64,000 nt of DNA from Octopus sinensis (GCF_006345805.1 NC_043007.1:57722001-57786000), one strand, 5' to 3'. Positions 26,504 to 39,961 are shown, numbered from the stretch's first letter. A program made the numbers and translations. Notes: generated by a model from the letters alone, not told the origin.

Positions 26504-26829
26504 ACAATTGCAGCGTGGAAGGTGTTTGTAAGCCATTTAAGAAACACACAAAAGCCGTTCGATTCACTTCTACATTTAAGCGACCTCTTCACTGACAAAA
26601 ATCCGTGCTGCATCTCCAGTACGGATGCAGCACGGATTTTTGTCAGTGAAGAGGTCGCTGTCTTAAAGCGACGAAAATATTTTGACAAATTAAACTTAAA
26701 TGTAGAAGTGAATCGAACGGCTTTTGTGTGTTTCTTAAATGGCTTACAAACACCTTCCACGCTGCAATTGTTTTCGTTTCAGCACACGATCTCAGATCAA
26801 ATCACTTGCTATGCAAGTACATCTCCGTA
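26504..26829 (+). mobile_element. Fold-back repeat, probable Penelope-like element terminal (pLTR) remnant, copy A
   Basis: Inverted arms 26504-26614 and 26624-26771 followed by a unique tail. A homologous fold-back lies at 49755-50020. Contains a hammerhead-like fold. The Penelope assignment is inferred, as no ORF is present. Confidence 0.6.
26639..26689 (+). ncRNA. Minimal type-I hammerhead ribozyme-like motif (core GUGAAGA, probably inactive)
   Basis: tttgtca|GTGAAGA|g|gtcgc-tgtcttaaa-gcgac|GAA|AATATT|T|tgacaaa: 7-bp stem I, 5-bp stem II, palindromic stem III, UUU triplet. Confidence 0.55.
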
Positions 26830-26869
26830 ATATATATATATATGTATATATACAAACTCATACACACAC

Positions 26870-26979
<110 letters not shown>

Positions 26980-27257
26980 CCATACACGTGAAAGTGGATA
27001 CTTTCAACTGATGACGTACAAAGACACAGAAATCCGGATTCAATAATTCCACAGCTGCTGGTGGACGCTTTTTGTCTGTTATGATAGACTTCTGTTCTTT
27101 TTAGCACTACACATCCCTGTGTGTATATCTGGTTATATCTGCATATGTATGTAAACATATCATGCGTACGTGTGTATGTACATATTTGTGTGTGCTTGCA
27201 TGTTTTTGTATATATGAATATATATATATGTAAATATATATGTATATATGTAAATAT

Positions 27258-27321
<64 letters not shown>

Positions 27322-28974
27322 ATATATATTTAAATTAAATTAGAGATAAAACCACTATTAGGCAAATCAAACAGTGAAAAACAAACCAAAATATAGAAAT
27401 AAAATGAATTAATATAAAATATACACATACATATATATATAATTACGTATGTATGTATGTGAGTGCACGCGCGTGTTTATGTGTGTGTGTGTGTATGAGT
27501 TTGTATGTGTGCTATTTTTTTTACCTCCCCGATTGATTTCACAACTGCGTTCTGGTCAAAAATAATGTAGATTAATAAATAATTAGGCTGTTAAATCATT
27601 AAGATACTTGAAGAGTAAATAAGCGTATGTGGAAAGTGTTTAATTTATAAAGCTGACGTCACCGTTCGGGTGATTAAAGATATAAGATATTCATTACAAA
27701 AATCCAAAATCGACCCATTTACCTGAAAAATCACTCTGAACATGGCGGCTGTGATAATAAATCATCGTGAGTCGTTGAATAAGTTCGCTCGCCTGAAGAG
27801 ATTATGAGTGTGTGAGTGGTGTGTGTGTGTGTGTGTGTGTGTCTGTGTCTGTGTCTGTGTCTGTGCGTGCAGCCATGTGTGCGCGCGTGTGTTTATGTTT
27901 CTCTATGGGTGTGTGCTTATGTGTAAGTTTATGTTTGTGTATGTATGTATTTTTATGACCATATGACTGTGAGCGAAGGAGAGAGCTTGGATGAGAATGC
28001 CCCATATGAGCGCGTGTGTGTGTATGTGTGTGTGCCTCATATCAGAGGGATGCTGTGAGTTTAAGAGGAGTGTATGAATGTATGAATGTGTATGTGCTTG
28101 TGTGAGTGATTCTGAATTTAGTGGGTGTTCGAATGAAAAACAATACACGAGAAAGTGTATGAATATGAATGTTTGTGTGTGGTGGGGTGTGCGCGTGTGT
28201 GTATGTGTGTGTGAATATCTATATTTGTCTGAAAGGAACTGACCTAACCGATTGGGTTATGGCAACGTTTGATTAGATTGTCAAAGGATTTATAAGAACT
28301 TTCGGGCAAATTTACCTCGCAAGGACCAAGTTTAGGAAAATCTGAGCTCTGAATAAAAAGCTATCATATAGGGTGTCCCAAATTTAACTATCTATTTCCG
28401 TGAAATGGGACATGTTTTTTTTTTAAAGACCCACTTATATTTAAGCTTATCATGTTTAACAAGTGTTAAGTGTTTAGATTTTTAATTTTGTTTATAATGT
28501 TATAACTTCTATAATTTTTTTGTTTGATTTTGTGATTTTATTTTCATCCTTCATGGATCTCGCTTATCTGTCCACGACAGTTATTTTTCAGTTTGGTCGC
28601 AACCATTTTCTTCACCTCCATTCCCTGGATGAGGCAAAGCACTGCAGAAGATAACTCCTGAAATGCTTCAAAACGTTTTTCGCAGCGGTAAAGACATCGT
28701 TTTTCAGTTCAACGTTTTGTGAACTCTGATCGAACAGTCCTACGATTAAAGATCTTAATCAACATTTACGTTTTGAGTTTATATTTCACTGAGGTTGACT
28801 TTGCCTTTCTTCCTTCAAATTAATTAACAGTCTAACTCTGAGGACGATATAATCCACTCGCTGCTTCCTCCAAAACTTTCGGAATAGTAATACACACACA
28901 CACAACAAGCGCGCGCGCGCGAGTGTGCCTTCATCATCATCATTATTATTTTTTTATAATCATTATCATTATAA

Positions 28975-29172
28975 TGGCGGAGAGCTAGCAGAATCTTTAG
29001 CACACCAGAAAAAATGTTTGGCAGCATTTCGTCCGTCTTTAGGTTCTGATTTCAAATTCCACCATGGTGAACTTTGTCTTTTGTCTTTTCGTGGTCAATG
29101 AAATAAGTACCAGTTGAGCACTGGGGTTGATGTAATCAACTAGCACTCAACCACCAAACTTGCTGGCCTCGT
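28975..29172 (+). mobile_element. SINE family 2 copy
   Basis: ggcggagagctagcagaatctttagc..ttcaaattcc..ggtcaatgaaataagtaccagttgagcactggggttgatgtaatc. Confidence 0.85.
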
Positions 29173-29184
29173 GCCAAAAATACT

Positions 29185-29292
29185 ATGTATACTCACCCTT
29201 TTTTTTTTAAATCATTCCATTGCATGTAAGCCCCGACACTTTATGTCTGTCTTTGTATTGTCCTCGTCATCCTTCGCCTTTGCGAAAATTAA
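29185..29292 (+). mobile_element. Tx1-B extreme 3' end, followed by (ATT)n
   Basis: tgtctgtctttgtattgtc..gaaaattaatgaaattatt matches the reverse complement of 14608-14664. Confidence 0.65.
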
Positions 29293-29315
29293 TGAAATTA
29301 TTATCATTATTACTT

Positions 29316-29362
<47 letters not shown>

Positions 29363-29912
29363 GAGTGAAAGAGCAGCGCATGCCATCAAAGTGACACTGG
29401 GGTATAAATATACGAAACCCAGTATACCCATCATCATGACTACTTTTCTGATAAGGGTACACCAGGCACATGCATAGTAATCATATGTGCGCCACATGGT
29501 GGTCTCATATCAAGATTAACAGTGCATGACCTTGCATGTGGGACCCAGTTAGAATTTATTTTCAGGTCGAGTAACCCATCCGACTCAAAAGGTCCCTGAA
29601 TAAGATGTTTGTTTAAGGATAATGAATGAAAGACCCATGTTTCCGGCGTTGAATTATTCAAACCCCAAAGAATTCCTCTCAACACATGGCTATGGTGCTC
29701 TCCCACTACTTCTGCTCGTGGTCAGAGATGCACATATCGTCAGTCACCATAGGACACGCTCAACTGGTTAAGGTCAAACAACTGAGAAGCAAATCTGCGG
29801 CATTGAGCAGAATATTTACTGTAGCCTATCTTTAATAACGAGATACAACATGTACATGATAACATTTCCAAACAGTTCACATCAGAACCCATGTGCGATC
29901 AGAAGTCATGAG
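29363..29912 (-). mobile_element. ~550-bp (AAT)n-associated repeat, copy D
   Basis: Reverse complement is colinear with copy B; (ATT)n flanks on the + strand. Confidence 0.9.
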
Positions 29913-29946
29913 TTATTAATGTTATTATTATTATCATTATTATTAT

Positions 29947-30020
<74 letters not shown>

Positions 30021-30034
30021 TTATATATATTAGA

Positions 30035-30212
30035 AATTTTAGCTCGCCGGGCGAAATGTTCAGCTGTATTTCGCCCGTCGCTACGTTCTAAGTTCAAATT
30101 CCGCCGAGGTCGACTTTGCCTTTCATCCTTTCGCTAAATTAAATACCAGTGAAATACAGGAGTCAATGTAATCTTCTAGTCACCTCCCCCAAATATTTCA
30201 GGTCTTGTACCT
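30035..30212 (+). mobile_element. SINE family 2 copy (slightly 5'-truncated)
   Basis: gccgggcgaaatgttcagctgtatttcgccc..gttcaaattccgccgaggtcgactttgcctttcatcc. Confidence 0.8.
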
Positions 30213-30240
30213 ATATCATTATCATTATTATTATTATTAT

Positions 30241-30308
30241 GAGTGAGAGAGCAGTTCATGCCATCAAAGTGACACTGGGCTAAAAAATTACGAAGCCCAA
30301 TATACCCA
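30241..30308 (-). mobile_element. ~550-bp repeat, copy E (3' end only, cut by the gap)
   Basis: gagtgagagagcagttcatgccatcaaagtgacactggg after (ATT)n. Confidence 0.8.
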
Positions 30309-30408
30309 NNNNNNNNNNNNNNNNNNNNNNNNNNNNNNNNNNNNNNNNNNNNNNNNNNNNNNNNNNNNNNNNNNNNNNNNNNNNNNNNNNNNNNNNNNNN
30401 NNNNNNNN
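30309..30408. other. Assembly gap (100 N)
   Basis: Run of N. Confidence 1.
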
Positions 30409-30530
30409 GAGTAATCCTGCGACGGACCGGCGTCTGTCCATGTGGAAATTACTACGTGGGGCTAATTACTACGCCGCTGAAACCGGGAAACCGGCCCTTA
30501 TGAGCCTGGCATGGCTCGATAAGGAACATA
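30409..30530 (+). mobile_element. 3' fragment of another SINE-like repeat
   Basis: gtaatcctgcgacggaccggcgtctgtcca..gaaaccgggaaaccggcccttatgagcc resembles invertebrate SINE body/tail segments; recognised from memory only. Confidence 0.4.
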
Positions 30531-30962
30531 TTTTTTATATCATTGCAGTTTAATTATGTTTACTTTTTAACTGCAATAAATTCGATCATGTAATCCGACC
30601 TGACCCGGCAGAATCGGCTTTAGCAGCGTAGTGTGGATACAGCGTCATTTTCTATGTATTTTCTGACTTCTTGCACGTATCGCATTCGTTTGTTAGGCTC
30701 CATGAGACAAGGAAGAGAATAACCAATACATTTCCTGTAATTAATTTCGTAACGAAAAGAAAAGAAAAAGTAGAGAGAAAGAAATAACAAAGTTGCCTCC
30801 ATTATTCAAACTACTATTGAATAATTTGGAAAAAGCTCGCATGAAATCATTAGTGTTGTCTTTATAGCAATCTCCAAAGAAAAGAAATTAAGAAATTATT
30901 TATCCACAAAGCGCTGTTGAGCATTTATTCCTTAGTTGCTAACAAACTTTACACACAAAGAC

Positions 30963-30993
<31 letters not shown>

Positions 30994-31164
30994 TGTATGT
31001 ATGTATGTATGTATGTATGTATGTATGTATGTATGTATGCATGTATGTATGTAAGCATGCATGCATATATATATATGTATATATACGTATATACATAGAT
31101 GTGTAAATACATATGTACATATAGACAGACAAACAGACAGACAGACAGATAGATAGATAGATAA

Positions 31165-31239
<75 letters not shown>

Positions 31240-31519
31240 TAGATAGATAGATGATATACTTATATATGCTTGTGTGTATATATATATGTATATATACTAA
31301 TATTTTCATATTTTTACATATTTCATACTTTTTCATATTTTCATAGTTTTACCTATACATATGTTTGGATGTCTATGTGTATATGTATATGCGTAAATGT
31401 ATGCATGTATGTATTTTGTCTATATATTTGTATATGTGTTCATATTTCACAACATATGAACACATCTTTTCTTCATTCTTACTGTCAACAACGATATTGC
31501 TTCCAGTACAGAGTATGAG

Positions 31520-34050
31520 AACAAAATTGATGCGTTAGGAACACATGGAAGCCATATTTATCGTCCATGTCATTAAGAACGTGTAGAGGTACCAGAGTTA
31601 ACGGAGAACTCAGCATTAATCTTTTCAAACAGACGTGAATTCTTTCCCTTTTTTAATTCCCTGACACAATGGAAACGATGACCTCATTGCATATATTGAA
31701 AATAATTTTTGATAGTTTGGAATGTAAGGCTCCCGGCATCAAAATCCTAGCAATTTTGGTAAGCAACTTCATTACATCCATCCAAAGGGCAACTGATGAC
31801 TTCATATATGTGATCGTTCAATTCACCATATGCAAGAACTGTATTTTCTTTAAACAGATGGGGCGCGTATTTAATAACGCAGTTCATGATATACAATATC
31901 AGTTAAAAGACGGGATGGTCACGGTTTCATCATAGGTGCTTGACTTTCAAATATGTAACGGCAGCTTCGTGAGCTTCCTAGTCAAGGAATTCTTGTAAAT
32001 ATTCTCGTGATATTTTAGGGATTCTTCGCGACATCTCTGATGATGTCTTTCTCTCAGGATATCTGGTGAAGTATAAAGGGGTTAATTCATCAGAGGTTTT
32101 ACCATCTAAAGACCCAATAGTAGCTTTTTGCCACCGAAATCATAGCTGTTCTAAATCTGTTGTGACATAATAGGGAAATTATGCGAACTAGAATATCAAA
32201 ATTGATTCCCAGAAGTTTAATGATAGAATGCTTGTCCTATCTTTATCGTTTACTTAGAATATTCTTTTTTAGGTCACAAAGCTAAATATGGATGTATATA
32301 GTGGTCAAAATATAATGGTCTTAAATCGTATTGTGAAAGAACTGTTGATTACGTCAAGAATTTACCTTTCTAGAATGTTCTAGGGTGTGCTTAGGAGGGT
32401 AATGAATACTTTTTTTGGATATTCTGGAGATTTAGAATTATAGTTTTCCTTCTAGATTATGAAAATGTGAATGAGTTAGAACGAATACTCGGTGGATGCA
32501 GTGATTCCTTCAAGCTGTTGATGTTTTGTGTGCAAATTTTTGATTTCGTCTGGTCATGAGGCTTTTAGTTTCCCTATTGCTTTCGGACGTCTAAGAAAGG
32601 TAGATCATAAATCGTAGTCTACATCAAAGGTGTGCATTTTCTGTGTTGTATTTGTCTTCTTGATGCTGTTTTTGGTCGCTGATTTTAGAGAAATGTCCAC
32701 CGGCGTTTGTTTAGCATTGTAGTGTAACCAAAGTATTTGAGATTGATATCGTGACATGGGAGATGGTTTGATAAGCGTTGAGTATTTTTTTTTTCTTTTA
32801 TGCTGTTGCAAATTACTGGATATAAACGTCTGTCAGTTCCTTGTTTTTCTGTTTTTCTGTTATTTTTATTTCTTTTTTGTTTGACAATGAGCGTTATTTC
32901 CGTTTCGTTTGGTTTTGGTGTTTTGTGCCCGATGTTTTATGATTAGCTTATATGTTGTCTCTGGCGTTTTATGATTAGCTACTAACAGTATGTAATCGGG
33001 ATTGTATTCTTTATGTAACTTGCGTGAGATGTCTTTTTGATGAATCCGTGAATATTTTGTTGACTGTATTGTATCTGAGAGCTTGTGTTGTTTATTGTGA
33101 TTTGTTGAGGTATTAGTGCCTTGATTGGCTAGTGATGGAAGTCGTTTGTGAAGTTTGTATAAGTGTTCGTACTTTCTTCATTCATGTACGATGGTGTTGT
33201 GATAATAATTTCTAGATGATATCAGAAATGTTGGCGAAATGTTTGCCACATGGTAGGTAAATGGATATGGAGTGTAGAATGTAATGCCTAAAAGTGATTT
33301 ATTCTAGTTAGCCTGATTGTGTACGTGCCTTGGTGCAGTTTGATATATCAAAGGGATGAGGAGTAAATGGGATGCTATTGTGTTACCTATTCTGAAAATC
33401 AAGAGGGATTAAGCACTACTAAGGTGTTATAGTTAGGGTCGAAATACTGTAGGACCGGTTGGTGAGATCGGTGGTGGCATATATAAATATATGTGTGCGT
33501 GTATTCATTATTGATTAATATTGAAGGATTTACTTTAAAACTCATGTGTAATATCATGTCGTTTCGCAGTAGTTCACAAGTATCACTTGTGACACCTGTA
33601 CATTGAATGCATGTTTTTTTTATATATGTAATCATATGATCTCGCTTAAGAAAGTGTCTGCCTAGTCTGATTTGAGTTATTTGTAATGCTCAAGATGTGG
33701 TAGCAAGAATGTTTCCGGAATTGCCTTTTGAATATTGTCTGTGGTGTTTTAAAGTCGTTTAACTCTACAAGAGTGATTTTAATGCTGTCAATGTTGTACT
33801 GCAAAATGTTTAAATGTTTTGTATCATGATTTACAAAATTGTGAGCATAATGCGTTCATTTTTATTTTCTTCCAAATATATTCTGTACAGACCCGTGACA
33901 TTCGGAAGGGAGAAGACTATGATAAAAGTCGCGTATTTTTCTGAAGTATCTGTAAATCATGCTATCAAAGTTTATGTAACTATATTTTAGATTTTGCAAA
34001 GTTGGGCTTTTAGGACAGGCTTTGTTCAGATTCATAGCCACTCTCATTCA
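31520..34050 (-). mobile_element. Very old I/Jockey-group LINE remnant (endonuclease to RT start)
   Basis: A/C-rich minus strand with residual motifs THIFIYATTDLT (AIDL-like) and RPICL (RT domain 1-like), and many stops. Confidence 0.35.
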
Positions 34051-34268
34051 TTCACAAAAGGCTGCACGTGCTGAAAGAATATTTCTTCGTGTTGATAATT
34101 TATCAGTTGACCACCATGTTGCCGTGGCTTGCTTCCTTTTGTTTCTGGAATATTAAGTATTAGTTTATCTTGTATGTTTAACAATTCTTAACAAGAGACG
34201 GGAGTATTTGATAAAAATTTGACCGCAGATTCATGATGAACATGAGAACGCGTTGGGGTTTTCCCTCG

Positions 34269-34956
34269 TTATTATAAGACTTGTTTTAAGACGGTGAGCA
34301 GGAAGAATCGTTAACACACCGGACAATATGCTTAGCAATACTTCTTCCGTCTTTACATTCTAAGTTCAAATTCTGCTGAGGTCGACTTTGCCTTTCATTT
34401 TTTCGAGGTCGATAAAATAAGTACCAGTTGAATACTGAGGTTGATGTAATCGACTTACCCCCTCCCTTGAAATTCCTGGCCTTGTGCCAAAATTTGAAAC
34501 CATTATTAGACTTGTTTTAAGACGGTGAACTGGAAGAATCGTTAGCACACCGGACAAAATGCTTTTGTCTGTCTTTACGTTCTGAGTTCATTTTCTGCCG
34601 AATTTGCCTTTGTCTTTCTTTCCCTCGGGGTCGATAAAATAAAATAACAGTTCAACATTAGGATCATTTTAATCGACTAGACCCTTCCCCACAAAATTTC
34701 AGGCTTAATGCCTAAAGTGGAAAGAATTATTATAAGACTTGTTTTTGGCGGCGAGATGGCAGAATCCTTACCGCGCCTGACAAAATGCTTTACTACATTT
34801 GTTCTGGTTGTTACGTTTTGAGTTCAAATACCGCAGAGGTCTACTTCGATAAAATTAGTACCAGCTGAACACTAGGGGTGGGTATAATCAACTAATGCTC
34901 TTCTCTCAAAATTGCTGCTTCATGCCAAAATTTGAAACCTTTATTATGAGACCTGT
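34269..34956 (+). mobile_element. Head-to-tail trimer of SINE family 2 units
   Basis: Units at about 34288-34500, 34519-34725 and 34746-34940, separated by an attat(a)agacttgtttt spacer. Confidence 0.85.
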
Positions 34957-35252
34957 AATTTAAGTTGAAGTAGCTGGTGTTGTAGTAGCCTGATCATAGC
35001 CCTCATCAGCCTCATTATTATCACCGTCATCATTATCATCATCATCATCATTCTGTTCTATCAACACCCCTCCTTGCTAACCTCCTCCTCTTTCTCCTCC
35101 TCCTCTTCTCAATCGCATACGTTTGAACCACTTGGTTCTCTACATTTCCACCATTCAACAAGTCCACCGATCCACTTCTATTACTTACGCATTGCTGAAA
35201 CCCACATGACCATCACCACCTATAACTACCGCTCTTTTAAGCATTAGTTCTG

Positions 35253-35292
<40 letters not shown>

Positions 35293-35773
35293 GCATCTAT
35301 AACACATACACAGACAGATAGACAGACACACACACACATATATCGCGAAAGAAGTAAGAAGTGTTTCAAAGGTGTAATAAGAATGAGGCAACAACTTTTT
35401 AGCATACGGCTCTTTGCACTCTTGAGTTCAAATCCGGCCATGATCATGATACATATATATATATATATACACATACACACACGTACGTGTGTATGTGTAT
35501 GTACACAGCTGGCTGAATAAACATGAAGTCCGGATCAAATCTATATTTTACTCTATAACCAATATTGAATCCTTGGCATTTTAACTTAACAGACATTGTG
35601 TGTGTATGTGTATATATATGCGTATACGTACGTATGCATATACGTGTATGTGTATATGTGTATATGTACGCACATACATGTAATCATACATATTTGCTTG
35701 CATAAATACATTCATGCATGTGCATGCTTATATGCACTCACACACAAACACATATATTTATGTGCACACACAT

Positions 35774-35805
<32 letters not shown>

Positions 35806-36358
35806 GAGGGCATTGTATGGATATACAAGAGATATCTGTATTGCTGTACCCCAGCTCAATATTATTTGAACAACATATACATCCAATAATAAAAGCAACA
35901 GCTATTGACAAACAGTTAACCGAATCAATTGCTTCGCTCCGGGCTAAGATGCAAAAATCAAGTTAAGATCACTCGGCTCAGATTCACACTCAAACAGTTT
36001 CCATGGAAGCAGGCAAGTGCATTCTGGGACTTGAGACTTTCAAATCCATGTTTCTATTGATATTCGAAATGAAGGATTTCGATGGATATTTGAGGTTGTA
36101 ACATAACTACTTCTCTCAATCTCTGTGATTGTGTGATTGTATGTAGTGTGTGCGTGTGTGTTATGCATACATAATCTAACATAGCGTATACGCCTGTAAT
36201 TCCATCCCTTCATCCATCTATACATAACATACCATTCGCAAGTGCGTGTATACATAGGTGCATGTATACATATATTCATATATTTGTACATACATATCTT
36301 CATACATGCGTATATGTGGTGTATTCGCATCCTGTGAGATTTATGTATGTATGTATGT

Positions 36359-36465
<107 letters not shown>

Positions 36466-37299
36466 TGTATGTATAATATTTCTTTGAGTTTTATTTAAGT
36501 TTTATTTAAGTTATCAAGCCGGTCGCTAACAAAGCAACAAGACTTTTTGCGTTGTGGTTGAGTTGCTGTGTTTGTTGAACTGTCTATGCATCCACCCAAG
36601 TGTGTGCAAGTATTCACGTAAGAATCTCATATGAAGAATTTTTGGAATGTCTTACAAATATTCACTGTCCACTAATTGACTGGATTTGGAGAATCCCCTT
36701 CAGTTTCTCCGTGAAACCCTGTATTTGTAGGATATTTCGTAAATTTCTTGCGTAAATTTATAACTTAATGCACGTATAATGATAGGTACAAATGAGAATT
36801 CATAGTCAGGGTACAAGAGCATTAATTCGCTGTATGTATGTATGTATATATGAGTATGTATGCGTGTAAATATTATTTGATAACGGGTTGATTCGGCTCT
36901 TTATAAATTTCGTAGGACTCGTCAAATGAACTATCACGTCAGGCTCCGAGCCTACTGAATCGAATCAGTTAAGTCGAATCAAACATTATATAACTTTCTA
37001 CGAAATGCGTTAAGTGCCACTTCTTTCATTTGTCCACTCATTCGTATATCATACACACACACACGCACCACACACAACCACACACACACACCACACACAC
37101 CACACACACCACACACCACACACACACAACACACACATATATATATATATAATATTGGTAGTATCTATTCCTAGTCTGACACCTCTTGTACTTACACTTT
37201 AGATCTATCATGGCGTCTGATGTGGCTTTTTAAACTAGACATTTTGAAAGACACCCACATAAATTGCATATCTGCTTTGGACCACCAAGAGCTGCAATT

Positions 37300-37509
37300 A
37301 AGTTCTGATCTTTGTGGATATTAAAATGTCTTTTGAGGCCTCCGTTAGATTTCCTGAATATTGCTATTGAGAGATACGATGACTATGTTGAGAAGTAGGA
37401 ATGTGATCTACAGAGGACCAGCTGCATTTTGATGTATGATACATGTTCCTGTATTGGTAATTATACCTGTCCTAAACAAAATGGTATTACTTTTTGACTC
37501 ACCCTCGTA
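37300..37509 (-). mobile_element. Mariner-type terminal fragment
   Basis: ttactttttgactcaccctcgta (37487-37509) is the reverse complement of the mariner-like TIR TAcgagggtgagtcaaaaagtaa. The inner boundary is uncertain. Confidence 0.55.
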
Positions 37510-38366
37510 TATATAGCTACACGCATACCTACTTGCATACATACGTTTGTGTTTTTGTATAATCACCATAAATCGCTTGCCATAACGATATGTTATAGTC
37601 ATTCAAGTTAGCAGCTAGTGTAGGAGTGGGCAGTTATCAACAGTTTACTAGATTTCCATCGAAGTGGCCTCTTAACACGAAGTGACAATGTTAAGTATAG
37701 ATATTGTTTGTTTTTTTATGTTCTAATAAGAGACGGATAACCTTGGAACGGTCAGCAGCCTAATGGTTATTGATTTAAGTATTAATCAGTGATGATGTGG
37801 GATCTATTCCCGCGAGGTCCATACACTAAACTTTCTCTCCCGTTTATGGTTCTATTGTGAGAACGTTTTTGATTTACGACGACAACCATACGAACGTGTG
37901 TCTTGTGTCTATGTATCTGTGTGTATGTGTGCAGGTGTACACATGTGTGTCTGTGTGAATATGTGTGGAAATATAAGTATATATCTATATATATATATAA
38001 TGTACATGCTTGAATATGTATGTCTGTATATATCTATGTATGTGCATTTATATCTGAACAGATCAATGTTTTGCGTATAAATATAACAAATCGATTTATG
38101 TGTCTGTAGCCCACGTGTCTCATTATATGTGTGTATATGCGTGTGCGTTTGTATGATTACGTGCATGCGCTTGTGTGTGAGTACATGTATGTGTGTATGT
38201 GTGCATATGTGTGTGTGTACGTGTGGGTGATATGTGTCAGTCGTTAAAAACGTGTATAAGCATATACTTATAATTCTATAGAAACATACGTGGCCATAAT
38301 TAAATTTACACACATTCATTCATATGTTGATATCTATCTATCTATCTGTCTATCTATCTATCTATA

Positions 38367-38531
<165 letters not shown>

Positions 38532-38588
38532 TATATATATATATATCTGTCTCTCTATCGATATACATATATAATACAAATATACACA

Positions 38589-38638
<50 letters not shown>

Positions 38639-38645
38639 TTATGTG

Positions 38646-38680
<35 letters not shown>

Positions 38681-38689
38681 TATATGTAA

Positions 38690-38770
38690 TACTTTATTAA
38701 AAAGTAGCAGAAAATATAACAGAAACTGTTACTCAGAGTTTCACACGTTCCCGTTCATCGAACAATTGTG
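38690..38770 (-). ncRNA. Degenerate minimal hammerhead-like motif plus AATAAA (possible Penelope-like remnant)
   Basis: Reverse complement aattgt|TCGATGA|acg-ggaa-cgt|gt|GAA|ACTCTGAGT|A|acagtt (38724-38767), followed by tttaataaag. Confidence 0.35.
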
Positions 38771-38808
38771 TTAAAATATATATATATATACATATATATA
38801 TATATGCG

Positions 38809-38853
<45 letters not shown>

Positions 38854-38917
38854 ATATATACGTATATATTTATATGTGTGTGTATGTGTGTGTATGGATA
38901 ATTAAGTATACTCACTC

Positions 38918-39331
38918 AGCAGGAGTGGCTGTGTGGTAAGTAGCTTGCTAACCAACCATATGGTTCCGGGTTCCGGCCCACTGCGTGGCATCTTGGGCAA
39001 GTGTCTTCTACTATAGCCCCGGGCCGACCAATGCCTTGTGAGTGGATTTGGTAGACGGAAACTGAAAGAAGCCTGTCGTATATATGTATGTATATATATA
39101 TATGTGTGTGTGTATGTGTGTTTATGTGTCTGTGTTTGTCCCCCCAACATCGCTTGACAACCGATGCTGGTGTGTTTACGTCCCCGTCACTTAGCGGTTC
39201 GGCAAAAGAGACCGATAGAATAAGTACTAGGCTTACAAAGAATAAGTCCCGGGGTCGAATTCCTCGATTAAAGGCGATGCTCCAGCATGGCCGCAGTCAA
39301 ATTACTGAAACAAGTAAAAGAGTAAAAGAGT
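38918..39331 (+). mobile_element. SINE family 1, full length
   Basis: Near-identical to 3125-3513. Confidence 0.9.
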
Positions 39332-39347
39332 AAATATGTATATATAT

Positions 39348-39389
<42 letters not shown>

Positions 39390-39400
39390 TAGATACAGAG

Positions 39401-39449
<49 letters not shown>

Positions 39450-39494
39450 GATATAGATAGACAGATAGACAGATAGATAGATAGATAGATAGAT

Positions 39495-39533
<39 letters not shown>

Positions 39534-39872
39534 GATAGATAGTAGATAGATAGATAGATAGATAGATAGATGTGTAAGCATATATACATCAATAAATACA
39601 CAAAAATGTATGCATGAGTGTATGTATATTCATATAAATAAATTAGGCTTTTTGCAACCCTCTGTAAATCTGTTTCAATGGACATCGACGTCACTACGAA
39701 GACCATTTCGAGAGAAAATCTAAAATAAAATTAACCATTTCGGCCTAATATACACGAGTTACGTGCTACTGATAATAGAGGACATCTTACACGCATACAT
39801 TAGGTGCTTTCTACTGTAGGTATGCATGTGTGTGTGTGAGGAAATAAAGAAACAGAGAGAAAAATGCCTATA

Positions 39873-39961
<89 letters not shown>

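Noticed and set aside
27010-27050. CTGATGA...GAAATCCGGATT hammerhead-like words
   Set aside because: No stem II and no complementary stem I.
28368-28790. Tc1-like TIR start (agggtgtccca) and ITPEMLQNVF peptide
   Set aside because: No partner TIR and the peptide match is too weak; a similar lone TIR-like end at 36701-36723 was also left uncalled.
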